Shown piece by piece: positions 28,734-39,442 of a stretch of 64,000 nucleotides of DNA. The translations under genes and the position numbers were made by a program. The number at the start of each line of letters is the position of its first letter. Positions within the stretch are counted from its first letter, which is position 1. The DNA is taken from positions 800,001-864,000 of the forward strand of contig OZ253375.1 of the NCBI GenBank assembly GCA_965261005.1, given 5' to 3'. Source of the DNA: Deinococcus sp. (lineage in GTDB: Bacteria; Deinococcota; Deinococci; Deinococcales; Deinococcaceae). The notes under the pieces are model-generated. The model did not search any database. It saw nothing but the letters and a program-made list of their open reading frames with translations, and was not told where the DNA came from.

Positions 28734-29336
28734 ATGAACAACCGTGAGGAGATCGTCAGGATCAACGGCCTCAGCGACGGCCTCTTCGCCATCGTGCTGA
28801 CGCTGCTGGTGCTGGAGTTGAAGGTGCCCGAGGCGGAAACGGCCGCCGAGTTCGGCCGCGGATTGCTCGACCGCCTGCCGCAGTTTCTGGCCTATATCCT
28901 CACCTTCGGCATCGCCGGGCGCTTCTGGATTTCGCACCACCAGACCGTCAAGCACATCGAGCGCGGCGACATGGGGCTGCTGACGCGCAACCTGATCTTT
29001 TTGTTCTTCGTGTCGCTGCTGCCCTTTACCTCGGCGCTGAGCGTCCGGGGCAGCGCGCTCAACTGGGCCTGGATCATCTACGCCCTGAACATGGTCGCCA
29101 TCGGCTTCGCCTTGGTCGGCTTGTGGCGTTACGCGCTTTCCCAGCGCCTCACGGGGCCGGAGATCACCGCCGGCGCGGCGCGCTACTTCACCGCGCGCGG
29201 TTTGATGACCCCGGTGATCTTCCTGATCTCGGCCCTGGCCGCGCTGTGGAGCGTGTACGCCGGGTATCTTAGCTTGGCGCTGTTTGCCGTCTACCCCATT
29301 GTGATGAGGCGCGTGCTCGGGCCAGAAGGCGCTTGA
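28734..29336 (+). CDS. TMEM175 (DUF1211) family membrane protein, putative K+ channel
   Basis: RINGLSDGLFAIVLTLLVLEL, FWISHH, LLPF; about six hydrophobic segments. Confidence 0.85.
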   Translation: MNNREEIVRINGLSDGLFAIVLTLLVLELKVPEAETAAEFGRGLLDRLPQFLAYILTFGIAGRFWISHHQTVKHIERGDMGLLTRNLIFLFFVSLLPFTSALSVRGSALNWAWIIYALNMVAIGFALVGLWRYALSQRLTGPEITAGAARYFTARGLMTPVIFLISALAALWSVYAGYLSLALFAVYPIVMRRVLGPEGA

Positions 29337-29346
29337 CCGCCCCACC

Positions 29347-29805
29347 TCACTGTTTGCTCTGCAAGTCCGCGAGCAGCCCCTTCATCTGCGCGATCTCGCG
29401 GCGCTGCGTCTCAATGATCTCGTCGGCCAATTGGCGCACGCGCGGGTCCTTAATGTTGGCCCGCTCGCTGGTCAGAATGGCGATGGAGTGGTGCGGGATC
29501 ATGGCCTTCATCCAGGCGACGTCCCCAACCGTGGCCTGCGAGCGAACCAGCCACAGCGCCAGCCCGAAGACGGCCACGCTGATCGCGAAGATGCCGACGT
29601 TGACCCGCCGCTTGCCATACATGCCGAGCATGAAACCCAGCATGATAACGGCCATCGTCGCGCCCATGTACAGGGCCATGTAGGCGCGCGTCTCGCTGAA
29701 GTAAACGTGGCTGAGCTGGTAGGTGTTGAGGTACATCAAGCCGAACATCACGACGGTCGAGGTGGCGATCATGGCGCCAAACCTGAGGTAGTTGTTCTTC
29801 ATCAC
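29347..29805 (-). CDS. DUF305 domain membrane protein
   Basis: MKAMIPHHSIAILTS...IIETQRREIAQM. Confidence 0.85.
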   Translation of the reverse strand: MMKNNYLRFGAMIATSTVVMFGLMYLNTYQLSHVYFSETRAYMALYMGATMAVIMLGFMLGMYGKRRVNVGIFAISVAVFGLALWLVRSQATVGDVAWMKAMIPHHSIAILTSERANIKDPRVRQLADEIIETQRREIAQMKGLLADLQSKQ

Positions 29806-29829
29806 GTTCTCCCGTCATCGCCGGCGCGA

Positions 29830-30804
29830 TCAGATGCCCAGCACCGGGTGCGGCTGATACGGCTCTTCCAAGAACTTCACGTCTTCGGGAGAGAGCTTGA
29901 CCTTGAGGGCGTCCACGGCCTGCTCCAGGTGGGGCATCTTGCTGGCGCCGACGATGGGGGCGGTCACGCCCGGCTGGGCCAGCAGCCAAGCGGTCGCCAC
30001 CTGCGCCGGGGTGACGCCCAGACGCCCGGCCACCTCGGCGGCGCGCCCCGCCACCTGGTAGTCACCCTCCGTGTGGTAGAGCCGGTCGGCGAAGGGGTCG
30101 TTGCCGGCGCGCGTGGTCTGGGCCTCGCCCCCCCTGCGGTTGCCGGCCAGAAAGCCGCGCGCCAGGGGACTCCAGGGGATCACGCCCACGCCCTCCTCGC
30201 GGCACAGGGGCAGCATCTCGCGCTCCTCCTCGCGGTAGACCAAGTTGTAGTGGTTCTGCATGGACACGAAGCGCGTCCAGCCGTGCACATCGGCCAGATA
30301 CAGGCTCTTGGCGAACTGGTAGGCCAGCATGCTGCTCGCGCCGACGTAGCGCACCATGCCCAGCTTGACCAGGTCGTGCAGCGCCGAGAGCGTCTCCTCG
30401 ATGGGGGTCTCCGGGTCGAAGCGGTGAATCTGGTAAAGGTCGATGTAATCGGTGCCCAGCCGCTTGAGGCTGGCCTGGGCGGCGTCCATGATGTGCTTAC
30501 GCGACAAGCCCCTATCGTTCGGCCCCGGCCCCATCGGGTTAAAGACCTTAGTGGCGATGATGACCTGATCGCGCTTGGCGAAGTCCCTCAGCGCGCGCCC
30601 CGTGATCTCCTCGCTGCGGCCGAGGGAGTACATGTCGGCGGTGTCGAAGAAGTTGATCCCCAGTTCCAGCGCCCGCTGGAAAAAGGGACGGCTCGCCCCC
30701 TCATCCAGCACCCAGGGGCGCCATTCGGGATCGCCGTAGGTCATGGCGCCCAGGGCGATGCGTGAGACCTTCAGGCCGCTGTTGCCAAGGCGAACGTAGT
30801 CCAT
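29830..30804 (-). CDS. Aldo/keto reductase
   Basis: LGNSGLKVS, FFDTADMYS, DYIDLYQIH, PWSPLARG. Confidence 0.95.
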   Translation of the reverse strand: MDYVRLGNSGLKVSRIALGAMTYGDPEWRPWVLDEGASRPFFQRALELGINFFDTADMYSLGRSEEITGRALRDFAKRDQVIIATKVFNPMGPGPNDRGLSRKHIMDAAQASLKRLGTDYIDLYQIHRFDPETPIEETLSALHDLVKLGMVRYVGASSMLAYQFAKSLYLADVHGWTRFVSMQNHYNLVYREEEREMLPLCREEGVGVIPWSPLARGFLAGNRRGGEAQTTRAGNDPFADRLYHTEGDYQVAGRAAEVAGRLGVTPAQVATAWLLAQPGVTAPIVGASKMPHLEQAVDALKVKLSPEDVKFLEEPYQPHPVLGI

Positions 30805-30852
30805 GCGGGGACCGTACTGCGGCGGGAAGGGCGGGGACGGTGAGCGGGGGCG

Positions 30853-31287
30853 CTATTCACCTTGCGGCGCCGGAATGATGGCCAGCGTGCAGCGCGACAC
30901 GCAGACCAGCTTGCCGGCCTCGTCGGCGATCTCGACGCTCCAGACGTGGGTGGTGCGCCCGAGGTGCAGCGGCGTGGCGCTGGCCGTCACGCTGCCGTCA
31001 CGTTTGCCGCGCAGGTGGTTGGCGTTGATCTCCAACCCCACGGCCGCCATGCCCCTTTCCGCGACGTTGAGCCAACCGCCCACCGAGACGACCGTCTCGG
31101 CAAGGGCCACCGAGGCGCCGCCATGCAGCAGGCCGAAGGGCTGGTGGACCCTCGGGCCGACCGGCATGGTCGCCACGATCTTCTGTTTGGACACCTCGGT
31201 CAAGGTGATGTCCAGCGTTTGCATCAAGGTGTCGTTCCGCTTTTCCAGCTCCTCCATCCAGAGCTTCACGTCGTCGGCAACGATCAT
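30853..31287 (-). CDS. Hotdog-fold thioesterase (PaaI/MenI-like)
   Basis: QPFGLLHGGAS, GLEINANH; ATG 31287 overlaps the upstream stop. Confidence 0.88.
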   Translation of the reverse strand: MIVADDVKLWMEELEKRNDTLMQTLDITLTEVSKQKIVATMPVGPRVHQPFGLLHGGASVALAETVVSVGGWLNVAERGMAAVGLEINANHLRGKRDGSVTASATPLHLGRTTHVWSVEIADEAGKLVCVSRCTLAIIPAPQGE

Positions 31288-31826
31288 CGCTTCACTCTCT
31301 CTGGGCGCAGGATCAAGCAGGTGGTGGTGGCGTGCGCGACCAGCTTGCCGTGCGCCCCCGTCATGCGTCCCTCGGCGGTGGCGGTGCGGTTGCCGACGTA
31401 GATGGTGGTCCCCACGCAAGTGACCTCGCCACTTTCCACGCTGAGGGGCCGCAGGATGTTGGTCTTGAGTTCCAGCGTCGTGTAGCCCACCCCCGCCGGC
31501 AAGGTGGAGTGCACCGCGCAGCCCATCGCCGAGTCGAGAATGGTGCAGAACACCCCGCCGTGCACGCTGCCGATGGGATTGTAGTGCTGCTCCCCCGGCG
31601 TCAGGGCGAACACCACCCGCCCAGGCGCCACCTCCACGCCGCGCACCCCCATCAGCTTGAAAATGGGCGGCGGCGGCAGGCGCCCTTCAAAGATGGCCGT
31701 GAGAAAGTCCAGGCCGCTCAGGTTCGGCATCGCCCGCGCGCTGATGTGCGGGTCGTGCCAAGAGACCGTCAGCTCGCGCTCCGGGCCGAAGGTTTCGGGG
31801 GAAAGGGTCGGCTCAGATGTGGTCAT
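31284..31826 (-). CDS. PaaI-family thioesterase
   Basis: HYNPIGSVHGG, DSAMGCAV, YTTLELK. Confidence 0.9.
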   Translation of the reverse strand: MTTSEPTLSPETFGPERELTVSWHDPHISARAMPNLSGLDFLTAIFEGRLPPPPIFKLMGVRGVEVAPGRVVFALTPGEQHYNPIGSVHGGVFCTILDSAMGCAVHSTLPAGVGYTTLELKTNILRPLSVESGEVTCVGTTIYVGNRTATAEGRMTGAHGKLVAHATTTCLILRPERVKR

Positions 31827-31842
31827 ACAGCCTCCAAGAAGT

Positions 31843-31857
31843 TTGGACTCGGTTCAA
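31843..31857. promoter_or_regulatory. Putative FadR (TetR-type) operator
   Basis: TTGGACTCGGTTCAA matches TTRNACYNRGTNYAA; lies at the TACCTT -10 box, upstream of the RBS of the thioesterase operon. Confidence 0.65.
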
Positions 31858-31880
31858 GGTAGGCCGGGGTGGGGGACTTG

Positions 31881-32411
31881 TCAAACAATCGTCTGATCGA
31901 ACAAGGCCAGGTGCTTTCCGTGGGCCAGGATTGGGGCAAAAGCGTTCGTCCGCACGGCGGTGAGTACAGCTTTGACTTCACGCCACGCCAAGTCGAACTG
32001 TGCGGGCGTGACCAGACCGGCCTGCAAAGCGTCGTCCAGCTCGTCGGCGTCGAGGAGTTGAGTGACCCCGCCCGGCGTCACCACCACATCGAGGTACAGG
32101 TCGTCGGCCCAAGGCACGCCGTCCGCGCCTACCCCATGTCCAGCCACAATGTCCACGTACCAAAACATCACCCGCCCCGAGGCGTCGCATTGGGCGTTGA
32201 GGGTGTGAAAGGCGCCGTCCGGGTAGAAGTACAGCCACCTGTAGCCTGCATCGAGAATCTTGCTTTTCAGGCCGCAGCTCGTGATCCACAGCGGCTCGCG
32301 GACCTCGTGCGCGTCCAGATGGGTCAGCACGCCGCCCGGCACGCGCCGCACCGTCACCGTAGACTCTGGCACGCGGGACCAGCCCGACCAGTTCAGGTAT
32401 TTGCGCTTCAC
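31881..32411 (-). CDS. DUF402 family protein
   Basis: GTG 32411 [29 protein letters not shown]. Confidence 0.8.
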   Translation of the reverse strand: MKRKYLNWSGWSRVPESTVTVRRVPGGVLTHLDAHEVREPLWITSCGLKSKILDAGYRWLYFYPDGAFHTLNAQCDASGRVMFWYVDIVAGHGVGADGVPWADDLYLDVVVTPGGVTQLLDADELDDALQAGLVTPAQFDLAWREVKAVLTAVRTNAFAPILAHGKHLALFDQTIV

Positions 32412-33010
32412 GTCGGCAGCCCTTCCTCTACCAAGCGGGCCAGCGTATTTACCAAAAGTTCCTGCTCGGCGGCCTGCACGCGCGCTCGCAGGGTGTCCAC
32501 GGTGTCCCCCGGCAAGACCGGCACGCGCGCCCGCGCCAGCACCGGGCCGGCGTCGTACTCGCCGGTGACGAGGTGGACGCTCGCGCCGCTCTCCCCCGCC
32601 CCGCTCGCCAGCACCGCCGCGTGGACGCGGTCGCCATACAGCCCCCGCCCGCCAAAGTCGGGCAGCAGCGAGGGGTGGACGTTGAGGGTGCGGTTTTGGT
32701 AGCGCGCCAGGGTGCGCGGGCCGAGCGGGCGCATATAGCCCGACAGGACCACCAGGTCCACGCCATGCGCCTGCAAGGTTTCCAAAATGGCCGCGTCCAG
32801 GGCGGCTGGGTCCCCGTGGGTGGCGGAGCTGAGATGGGCGGTTGCCAGCCCGGCCTCGCGGGCGTACCTCAGCGCGGCGGCGGCGCTGTTGTTGCTGATC
32901 GCCAGTGTGGGGACGGCGTTCAGACGCCCGGCGCGGCAAGCGGCGACCACGGCGCGCATGCCGCCGCCGCCGTGCGAAGCCAGAAAGCCGATGTTGGGTG
33001 CCCTTTTCAC
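32408..33010 (-). CDS. purN: Phosphoribosylglycinamide formyltransferase
   Basis: [33 protein letters not shown]. Confidence 0.9.
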   Translation of the reverse strand: MKRAPNIGFLASHGGGGMRAVVAACRAGRLNAVPTLAISNNSAAAALRYAREAGLATAHLSSATHGDPAALDAAILETLQAHGVDLVVLSGYMRPLGPRTLARYQNRTLNVHPSLLPDFGGRGLYGDRVHAAVLASGAGESGASVHLVTGEYDAGPVLARARVPVLPGDTVDTLRARVQAAEQELLVNTLARLVEEGLPT

Positions 33011-33013
33011 GCG

Positions 33014-34390
33014 CTACGCGCCGCGCTCCACGTTGCCGATCTCGCGCAGCAGCTCCGCACTGGTCAGGATGCCGTTGTGGTAGTCGGCCAGCGCGAAGGA
33101 CTCGTTGGGCGAGTGCGGGGCGTCCTCGTTGAGGCCGAAGTCCACCAGCAGGACGGGCGCTTTCAGAATCTCGCGGAAGCCCGCCACGATGGGAATGCTG
33201 CCTCCCCCACGCGCGAAGGCGGCCGGCTGGCCGTAGACCGCAGTGAGGGCGCGGTCGGCGGCGGCAATGTAAGGCGAGTCGAGGTCCACCACCACCGGCT
33301 GCCCGCCGTGCAGGCCGAGCACCTCGACCCTGACCCCCTCGGGGGCCAGCGACTCGATGTGGCTCTTCGCGAGCTGGGTGATGCGCTCCGGGTCTTGACC
33401 CGGCACCAGGCGCATGCTGATCTTGGCGCCCGCCCTCGCGGCGATGACGGTCTTGCTGCCCTCCCCTTGGTAGCCGCCCCAAATGCCGTTCACGTCCAGG
33501 GTGGGCCGCGCCCACAGGCGCTCCAAGGTGCTGTAGCCCGCCTCACCGGGCAAGCTGGGCACGCCGATGGAGGCGGCGAACTCGGCGTCTTGGTGGGGCA
33601 AGCCCGCCCACATCTCGCGCTCGGTCTCGCTGAGTTCCTGCACGCCGTCGTAGAAGCCGGGAATGGTGATGCGGTTTTGGTCGTCCTTGAGTCGGGCGAT
33701 GATCTGGCACAGGGCATTGATGGGGTTCGGCGCCGCGCCCCCGTAGCTGCCCGAGTGCAGGTCGCGGCTGGCCCCCTGCACGTGGACCTCGACGTAGGCC
33801 AGGCCGCGCAGACCGTAGGTGACGGTCGGCACGTCGGGGGCGAAACGCGAGCCGTCCGAGATCACGATTACGTCGCAGGCGAGTTCGGCCGCGTGCGCCC
33901 GCAGGTACGGCTCCAGGTTGGGGCTGCCGACCTCCTCCTCACCCTCCAGCAGGAACTTGACGTTCACCGGCAGCTCGCCGCCGTGCTCATCACCGTGCAG
34001 CAGCAGCTCCACGCCGCGAATATGGGCGTAGGCCTGGCCCTTGTCGTCGGTGGCGCCGCGCGCGTAGACCCGGCCGTCCCGCACGGTCGGCTCAAAGGCG
34101 GGGGTGCGCCACTCGCTCTCGGGAGCCTCGGGCTGCACGTCGTAGTGGCCGTAGATCAAGACCGTGGGCGCGCCGGGGGCGTTGAGGCGTTCGGCGTACA
34201 CGGCCGGGTGCCCGGCCGTGTCGTCCACCCGCGCCGCGAAGCCGAGCCGGGCCAGCTTGTCCTGCAAAAAGGCGGCGGCGCGGGCCATGTCCCCTTTGTG
34301 GGACGGGTCGGCGGACACCGAGGGGATGCGCAGCAGGTCGAAGAGTTCGGCGTCAGCGGCTTGGGTGTCGAGTTGGTCGCGCAGGGTCAT
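33014..34390 (-). CDS. M20 family dipeptidase
   Basis: [34 protein letters not shown]. Confidence 0.93.
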   Translation of the reverse strand: MTLRDQLDTQAADAELFDLLRIPSVSADPSHKGDMARAAAFLQDKLARLGFAARVDDTAGHPAVYAERLNAPGAPTVLIYGHYDVQPEAPESEWRTPAFEPTVRDGRVYARGATDDKGQAYAHIRGVELLLHGDEHGGELPVNVKFLLEGEEEVGSPNLEPYLRAHAAELACDVIVISDGSRFAPDVPTVTYGLRGLAYVEVHVQGASRDLHSGSYGGAAPNPINALCQIIARLKDDQNRITIPGFYDGVQELSETEREMWAGLPHQDAEFAASIGVPSLPGEAGYSTLERLWARPTLDVNGIWGGYQGEGSKTVIAARAGAKISMRLVPGQDPERITQLAKSHIESLAPEGVRVEVLGLHGGQPVVVDLDSPYIAAADRALTAVYGQPAAFARGGGSIPIVAGFREILKAPVLLVDFGLNEDAPHSPNESFALADYHNGILTSAELLREIGNVERGA

Positions 34391-34403
34391 GAGCGCATGA
34401 TAC

Positions 34404-34450
34404 GGATTCAGGAACGGCCGTCAACGCAACGGACGGCCGTTCCTGAATCC
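34404..34450. terminator. Perfect 19-bp inverted repeat after the GH9 gene (terminator or repeat remnant)
   Basis: GGATTCAGGAACGGCCGTC-N9-GACGGCCGTTCCTGAATCC. Confidence 0.55.
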
Positions 34451-34469
34451 TGTTGTCTACTTGTCGGGT

Positions 34470-37118
34470 CTACTTGTTGGCCGCCTGATCCAGAAACGCC
34501 GCGACCCAGGCCAAGGGCGCGTTCCAATTGATGGCGACCTCGTTGACCGAGTAGGCCCCGGTGTCGTCCACGTAGCACGTCTGCGGCGCGCACTTGCCGG
34601 CGAGCTTCGAGGCGATGGGGTCGCTCGGGTCGGAGTTCGGGCCGCCGGACAGCGCGCCCGCCGGCGACAGCGGAAAGCTGGCGTCCAGCTCGTGCGCCCA
34701 GAAGCGGTGGTGCGGGTTGGTCAGGGGCCGCGCGCCGTAGCCCGACACATAGGACTTATCCATCGGGTTGCGGCCCAACAGGTAGTTCATGCCCTCCAAG
34801 GCGGCGTTGAGGTAGGTGAGGTTGCCGGTAAAGCCGTAGGCCGTGCCCAGCACCAAGCCCCGGTTGAGGACGTTGCTGTTCGATCCCCAAGGATAGTCCT
34901 TCGAGCTGAACGGCAGGCCGTAGCCTTCTTTGCTCACGTCCTGGACATACGCGTTTGCGGCAGCGATCAGGTTGTTCTTGGCCGTCGCCACGTCGGCGGC
35001 GGGCAGCTGGTTGGGCGCCAGCGCGAGCGTGATGGTGCCGGCGGTGGTCAGCTCGGGCCAAGCGAGGTCGTGGCTCAGGTCGCCCTTGGTGGCCTTGAGG
35101 TACAGCGGGCTGCCCTTCAGCGCGTCCAGGTAGGCTGACTGCCCGGTGGTGGCGTAGAGTTCGGCGGCGGCCCAGTAAAACTCGTCGCTCACGTCGGTGT
35201 CCGCATAGCCGCCGCCGCCCACGTTCACGTCGTAGGCGTACACGGCGGGGTTGCGCCGCGCGGCGGCCCAGGCCCGTTGCGCCGATTCCAGGCACTTCTG
35301 CGCGTAGGCGTCGTTCACGCCCCTGAACACGCGGGCGCACTGCGCCGCCGTCGCGGCCAGGTTCAGGGTCGCCGCGGTGCTGGGCGGGTACAGAAAGCGC
35401 GGCTGGGGGTCTTGGTCGGGCCGCAAGGGCAGGCCGGTCCAGGCGACGTCGTGCAGCTTGTGGTGCGCCATGCCCGAAGCGTCCACGGGGCTGAACTTCA
35501 GCGCCGACACATGACCGCTTTGGTCGCCCACTGGCAATTGCAGCGTTTTGCCGTCCGGCACCTGCATGGCCATCAAGAAGTCCATTTCCCAGCGCGCCTC
35601 GTCCAGAAGATCGTTCTGGCCGTTGGCCCGCTCGGGAATACGCAGTTTGCCGTCGGCGAACGCCTGCACGCCGCCGCGCCGCGCGTTCCACTCGTACTCG
35701 TTCAGCAGGGTCCAGGCCGCGACGCCGCCGTTGACCACGTACTTGCCTTGGTCGCCCGCGTCGTACCAGCCGCCCTGGGCGTTCAGCGTGTAGTCGCAGC
35801 CGGGCCAAAGGTTGCCCTTGGCGTCGGCGCCGTGAAAGCAGGTCACGCCGGCGTCACCCTGGTTGGGGGCAACGTTGACGTGGCCGGCGGGCCGCGCCCA
35901 CTTGGCGTCCCCGACGTACTGCGCCTCAATGGGAATGCCGCTACGGTTGTGGTAGAAGTATGCCAAAGCGTCGTACTTCAGGGTGGCGTAGATGTCCTTG
36001 GAGATGCGAAAAGGGTGGCTACGCAAACCCGCGACCTCCAGCACGTCGCCGTCACCTGGCGCCGTCACGCCCGAAAAGTCGGCCTGATGCACGTGTTCGC
36101 CCGAGGCCGCGTCCGCGCCGAAGATCTTGGTCTTGCCCGAGGCGAGCACCTTGCCGCTCTGGTCGAGCACGTTCCAGTCGAGCGGCACGGCCGAGTCGTG
36201 CGCGATGGTCGCCAGCTTCGGCGCGGTCGGCAGGTAGCCCACCTGGTTGACCCGCACGGTGGCACGGTCGTCCACTGCCGCCCCACCCACGCCCGCGCCG
36301 AACTTCGGCCCCCGGACCGACACGTTGCTCAGACACACCCGCGTGGCCTTTTGCCCGCCCAGCTGAAACTGCATCACGGCCTTGGCGTCGTCGGGGTTCT
36401 GCATGGTGAAGCTGAAGTTGTAGGCCTTGGCCGTGGTCGAAACGTCGCCGATCTGCTGCTCAAAGTAGGCGGTATACGGCGCGGCGTCCAGCTGAAGCAG
36501 CACCTTGAACGCGGTGGGCACGTCGGCGCGGGCCGTGAACGACACGCTGTAGCTCGCGCCCTGGGTGAGGCCCACGCCGCTTTGCCCGAAGATCACATCG
36601 TAGGTGTTGGTGCCCGGATTGGCGACGTTCAGGCACGCCTCGCCGTTTTGCACGGTCGGAGCGGGGACGCCGGCGGTCCACCAAGGATTGGCGTCCGTTT
36701 GAAAGGTGCCGTTGGTTAGCAACTCGCCCACCGAGGTGTCGGCGATGTTGACCGTCACCGCGACCGGGTTCGACATCATGTTGAGTCCGGCCTTGTCGAA
36801 CGCTTGGGCGGTGTAGATGTGCTGCCCGCTCAGCGTGGCCGTGGCGCCGACGGTGAAGGTGTACGGCGCGGCGGTGTCCTCGCCCAGCTTTTTACCCTTG
36901 TCGTAAAACACCACCTTGGCGATGCCGCCGGCGTCCTGGGCGTCGGCGCTCAACACGATGTCGCCGCCCTTGGTGACGTTTGCAGCGCTCGACGTGAGCG
37001 TGACGGTCGGCCGGGTGGTGTCGCCGGGCGTACTGGGCGTGCCCGCCAACCCACCGCACGCGACCAGGGGAACGCCCAGCAGCAACAGGGCGGTGTGCCG
37101 AACGACGTTTCCGAGCAT
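34470..37118 (-). CDS. Lipoprotein GH9 cellulase with Ig-like, CBM4 and CelD_N domains
   Basis: Lipobox LVAC; VRVNQVGY; GGWYDAGD; DEFYWAAAEL; HHRFW; NEVAINWNA; ATG 37118 with GAGGA RBS. Confidence 0.93.
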   Translation of the reverse strand: MLGNVVRHTALLLLGVPLVACGGLAGTPSTPGDTTRPTVTLTSSAANVTKGGDIVLSADAQDAGGIAKVVFYDKGKKLGEDTAAPYTFTVGATATLSGQHIYTAQAFDKAGLNMMSNPVAVTVNIADTSVGELLTNGTFQTDANPWWTAGVPAPTVQNGEACLNVANPGTNTYDVIFGQSGVGLTQGASYSVSFTARADVPTAFKVLLQLDAAPYTAYFEQQIGDVSTTAKAYNFSFTMQNPDDAKAVMQFQLGGQKATRVCLSNVSVRGPKFGAGVGGAAVDDRATVRVNQVGYLPTAPKLATIAHDSAVPLDWNVLDQSGKVLASGKTKIFGADAASGEHVHQADFSGVTAPGDGDVLEVAGLRSHPFRISKDIYATLKYDALAYFYHNRSGIPIEAQYVGDAKWARPAGHVNVAPNQGDAGVTCFHGADAKGNLWPGCDYTLNAQGGWYDAGDQGKYVVNGGVAAWTLLNEYEWNARRGGVQAFADGKLRIPERANGQNDLLDEARWEMDFLMAMQVPDGKTLQLPVGDQSGHVSALKFSPVDASGMAHHKLHDVAWTGLPLRPDQDPQPRFLYPPSTAATLNLAATAAQCARVFRGVNDAYAQKCLESAQRAWAAARRNPAVYAYDVNVGGGGYADTDVSDEFYWAAAELYATTGQSAYLDALKGSPLYLKATKGDLSHDLAWPELTTAGTITLALAPNQLPAADVATAKNNLIAAANAYVQDVSKEGYGLPFSSKDYPWGSNSNVLNRGLVLGTAYGFTGNLTYLNAALEGMNYLLGRNPMDKSYVSGYGARPLTNPHHRFWAHELDASFPLSPAGALSGGPNSDPSDPIASKLAGKCAPQTCYVDDTGAYSVNEVAINWNAPLAWVAAFLDQAANK

Positions 37119-37239
37119 GTCTTTCCTCCTCAAAAAGTTGGCTGGGTGCGGGGGAGAGCAGCAGAAAGGCCCCTCCGGGCTTTTCTGCCCGCGACGCGAA
37201 CACGCGCGGGTTTCCGGCGTGGCGACCCTCTTGCGAATT

Positions 37240-37253
37240 TGAAAGCGCTTGCG
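37240..37253. promoter_or_regulatory. Possible LacI-family operator upstream of the GH9 gene
   Basis: TGAAAGCGCTTGCG with AGCGCT core. Confidence 0.45.
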
Positions 37254-37491
37254 GCTATCTTTTCGTTTGAAACCGGAAATGTCAAGCCGAGCGGTGAGCA
37301 GCTCGCGGTTGCACAAGATTTTCCTTATACCGCAACCCATTCAGTTGCGAGCAGAAGCAACGACCGCTCGACGTCACGCCCCGCAGTCATCGCTTGGCGG
37401 GTACTTATCGGCCAGCTCGGGCCGCTCGCCCACAGATTCGGACGAGACGAAAACGTGTTGTACGCCCGGCTCGCCCAGGACGGCCGGCAGA

Positions 37492-38336
<845 letters not shown>

Positions 38337-38340
<4 letters not shown>

Positions 38341-39353
38341 TTGACGGTCTCCCCGATCAAATTGGTGCTCAAGCCGAAGTTGTCGGCGTAGAGGCCCTGA
38401 ATGGCCGCGTACTCGTCGTCCGCGAGAGGCTCAGCGTCGAAGCTGGCGGCGTAGTTCTCCAGGCCGGTCTCGTCGTAGATGTTGGGCAGCACCGAGGCCA
38501 TCGCGGGGGAGCGCAGCGCCCACTGAATCGCCAACTGGCCGAGGGTGCGCCCGTTCAGGAAACGAGAGAGCATGTCTACCTTTTTTAAGCCGTCCTCCAT
38601 CCAAGCCTTTTTGCGCTCGTTGGTGGTCAGGCGCCAATTGCGGTGGTCGCCCGGCTCGAAGGTGGTGTCGGCCGTCATGTACCCCTCCAGCAGGCCCGAG
38701 GCGTGCGGCACGCGGGCGACCACGCCGACGCCCACCTCCTCGGCCACCGGCAGGATTTGCTCGCCGAGCTGCTGCTCCAACAGGTTGTAGATGATCTGGG
38801 TGGGGGCGCGGCGCTCACGGACGCTGGCAATCCCCTCTTCAATCTGGCGCTCGTTGAGGGCCGGCCCCAGGGCGGTGCCGTAGGCGCGGATCAGGCCCTC
38901 TCCCCTCGCCCTCTCCAGCTCGGCCCAAAGGTCATCTTGCAAAATGGCGTCCAGGCGCGGGTTGTGCAGTTGGTAGTAGTCAATGCGGTCGGTCTGAAGG
39001 CGCTTCAAGCTGCCTTCGAGCGCCTTGCGAAGATATTCAGGACTCCAGTCGTGCGGGCGCTCCTGCTGGCCGGGCCGCTCGGGGTTGGTGTAGATGTCGT
39101 AGCCGAACTTGGTGGCGATCAGGAGGTCGTCGCGCTCGTCGCCGAGCGCCCTCACCAAGATTTCCTCGGCGGCCCCGCTGGCGTAGGTGTCGGCGGTGTC
39201 GAAAAAGGTCACGCCGAGGTCAAAGGCGCGGCGCAGCAGGCGCAAGCCCAGAGCCTCGTCCTTGACGCCCCACCAGGTCGTGCCCACCGTCCACACACCG
39301 AACCCCAGCGCGCTGGGGCGCAGGTCGGTGCCGAGAAGTTGCCGGTATTCCAT
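38337..39353 (-). CDS. Aldo/keto reductase
   Basis: [25 protein letters not shown]. Confidence 0.92.
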
Positions 39354-39442
39354 GCCGGCATGATACGGGGCGCCGGTCAGGACAAATGGGCCGGGAACGG
39401 GCAGATGATCCGCCCGTTCCCGGTGTCGTCTTCTCTAAAGCT

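Noticed and set aside
31881..33515. 544-aa ORF, and similarly the 655-aa ORF at 43368-45335
   Set aside because: The N-terminal parts are off-frame readings of upstream genes; the real starts are 32411 and 44279.
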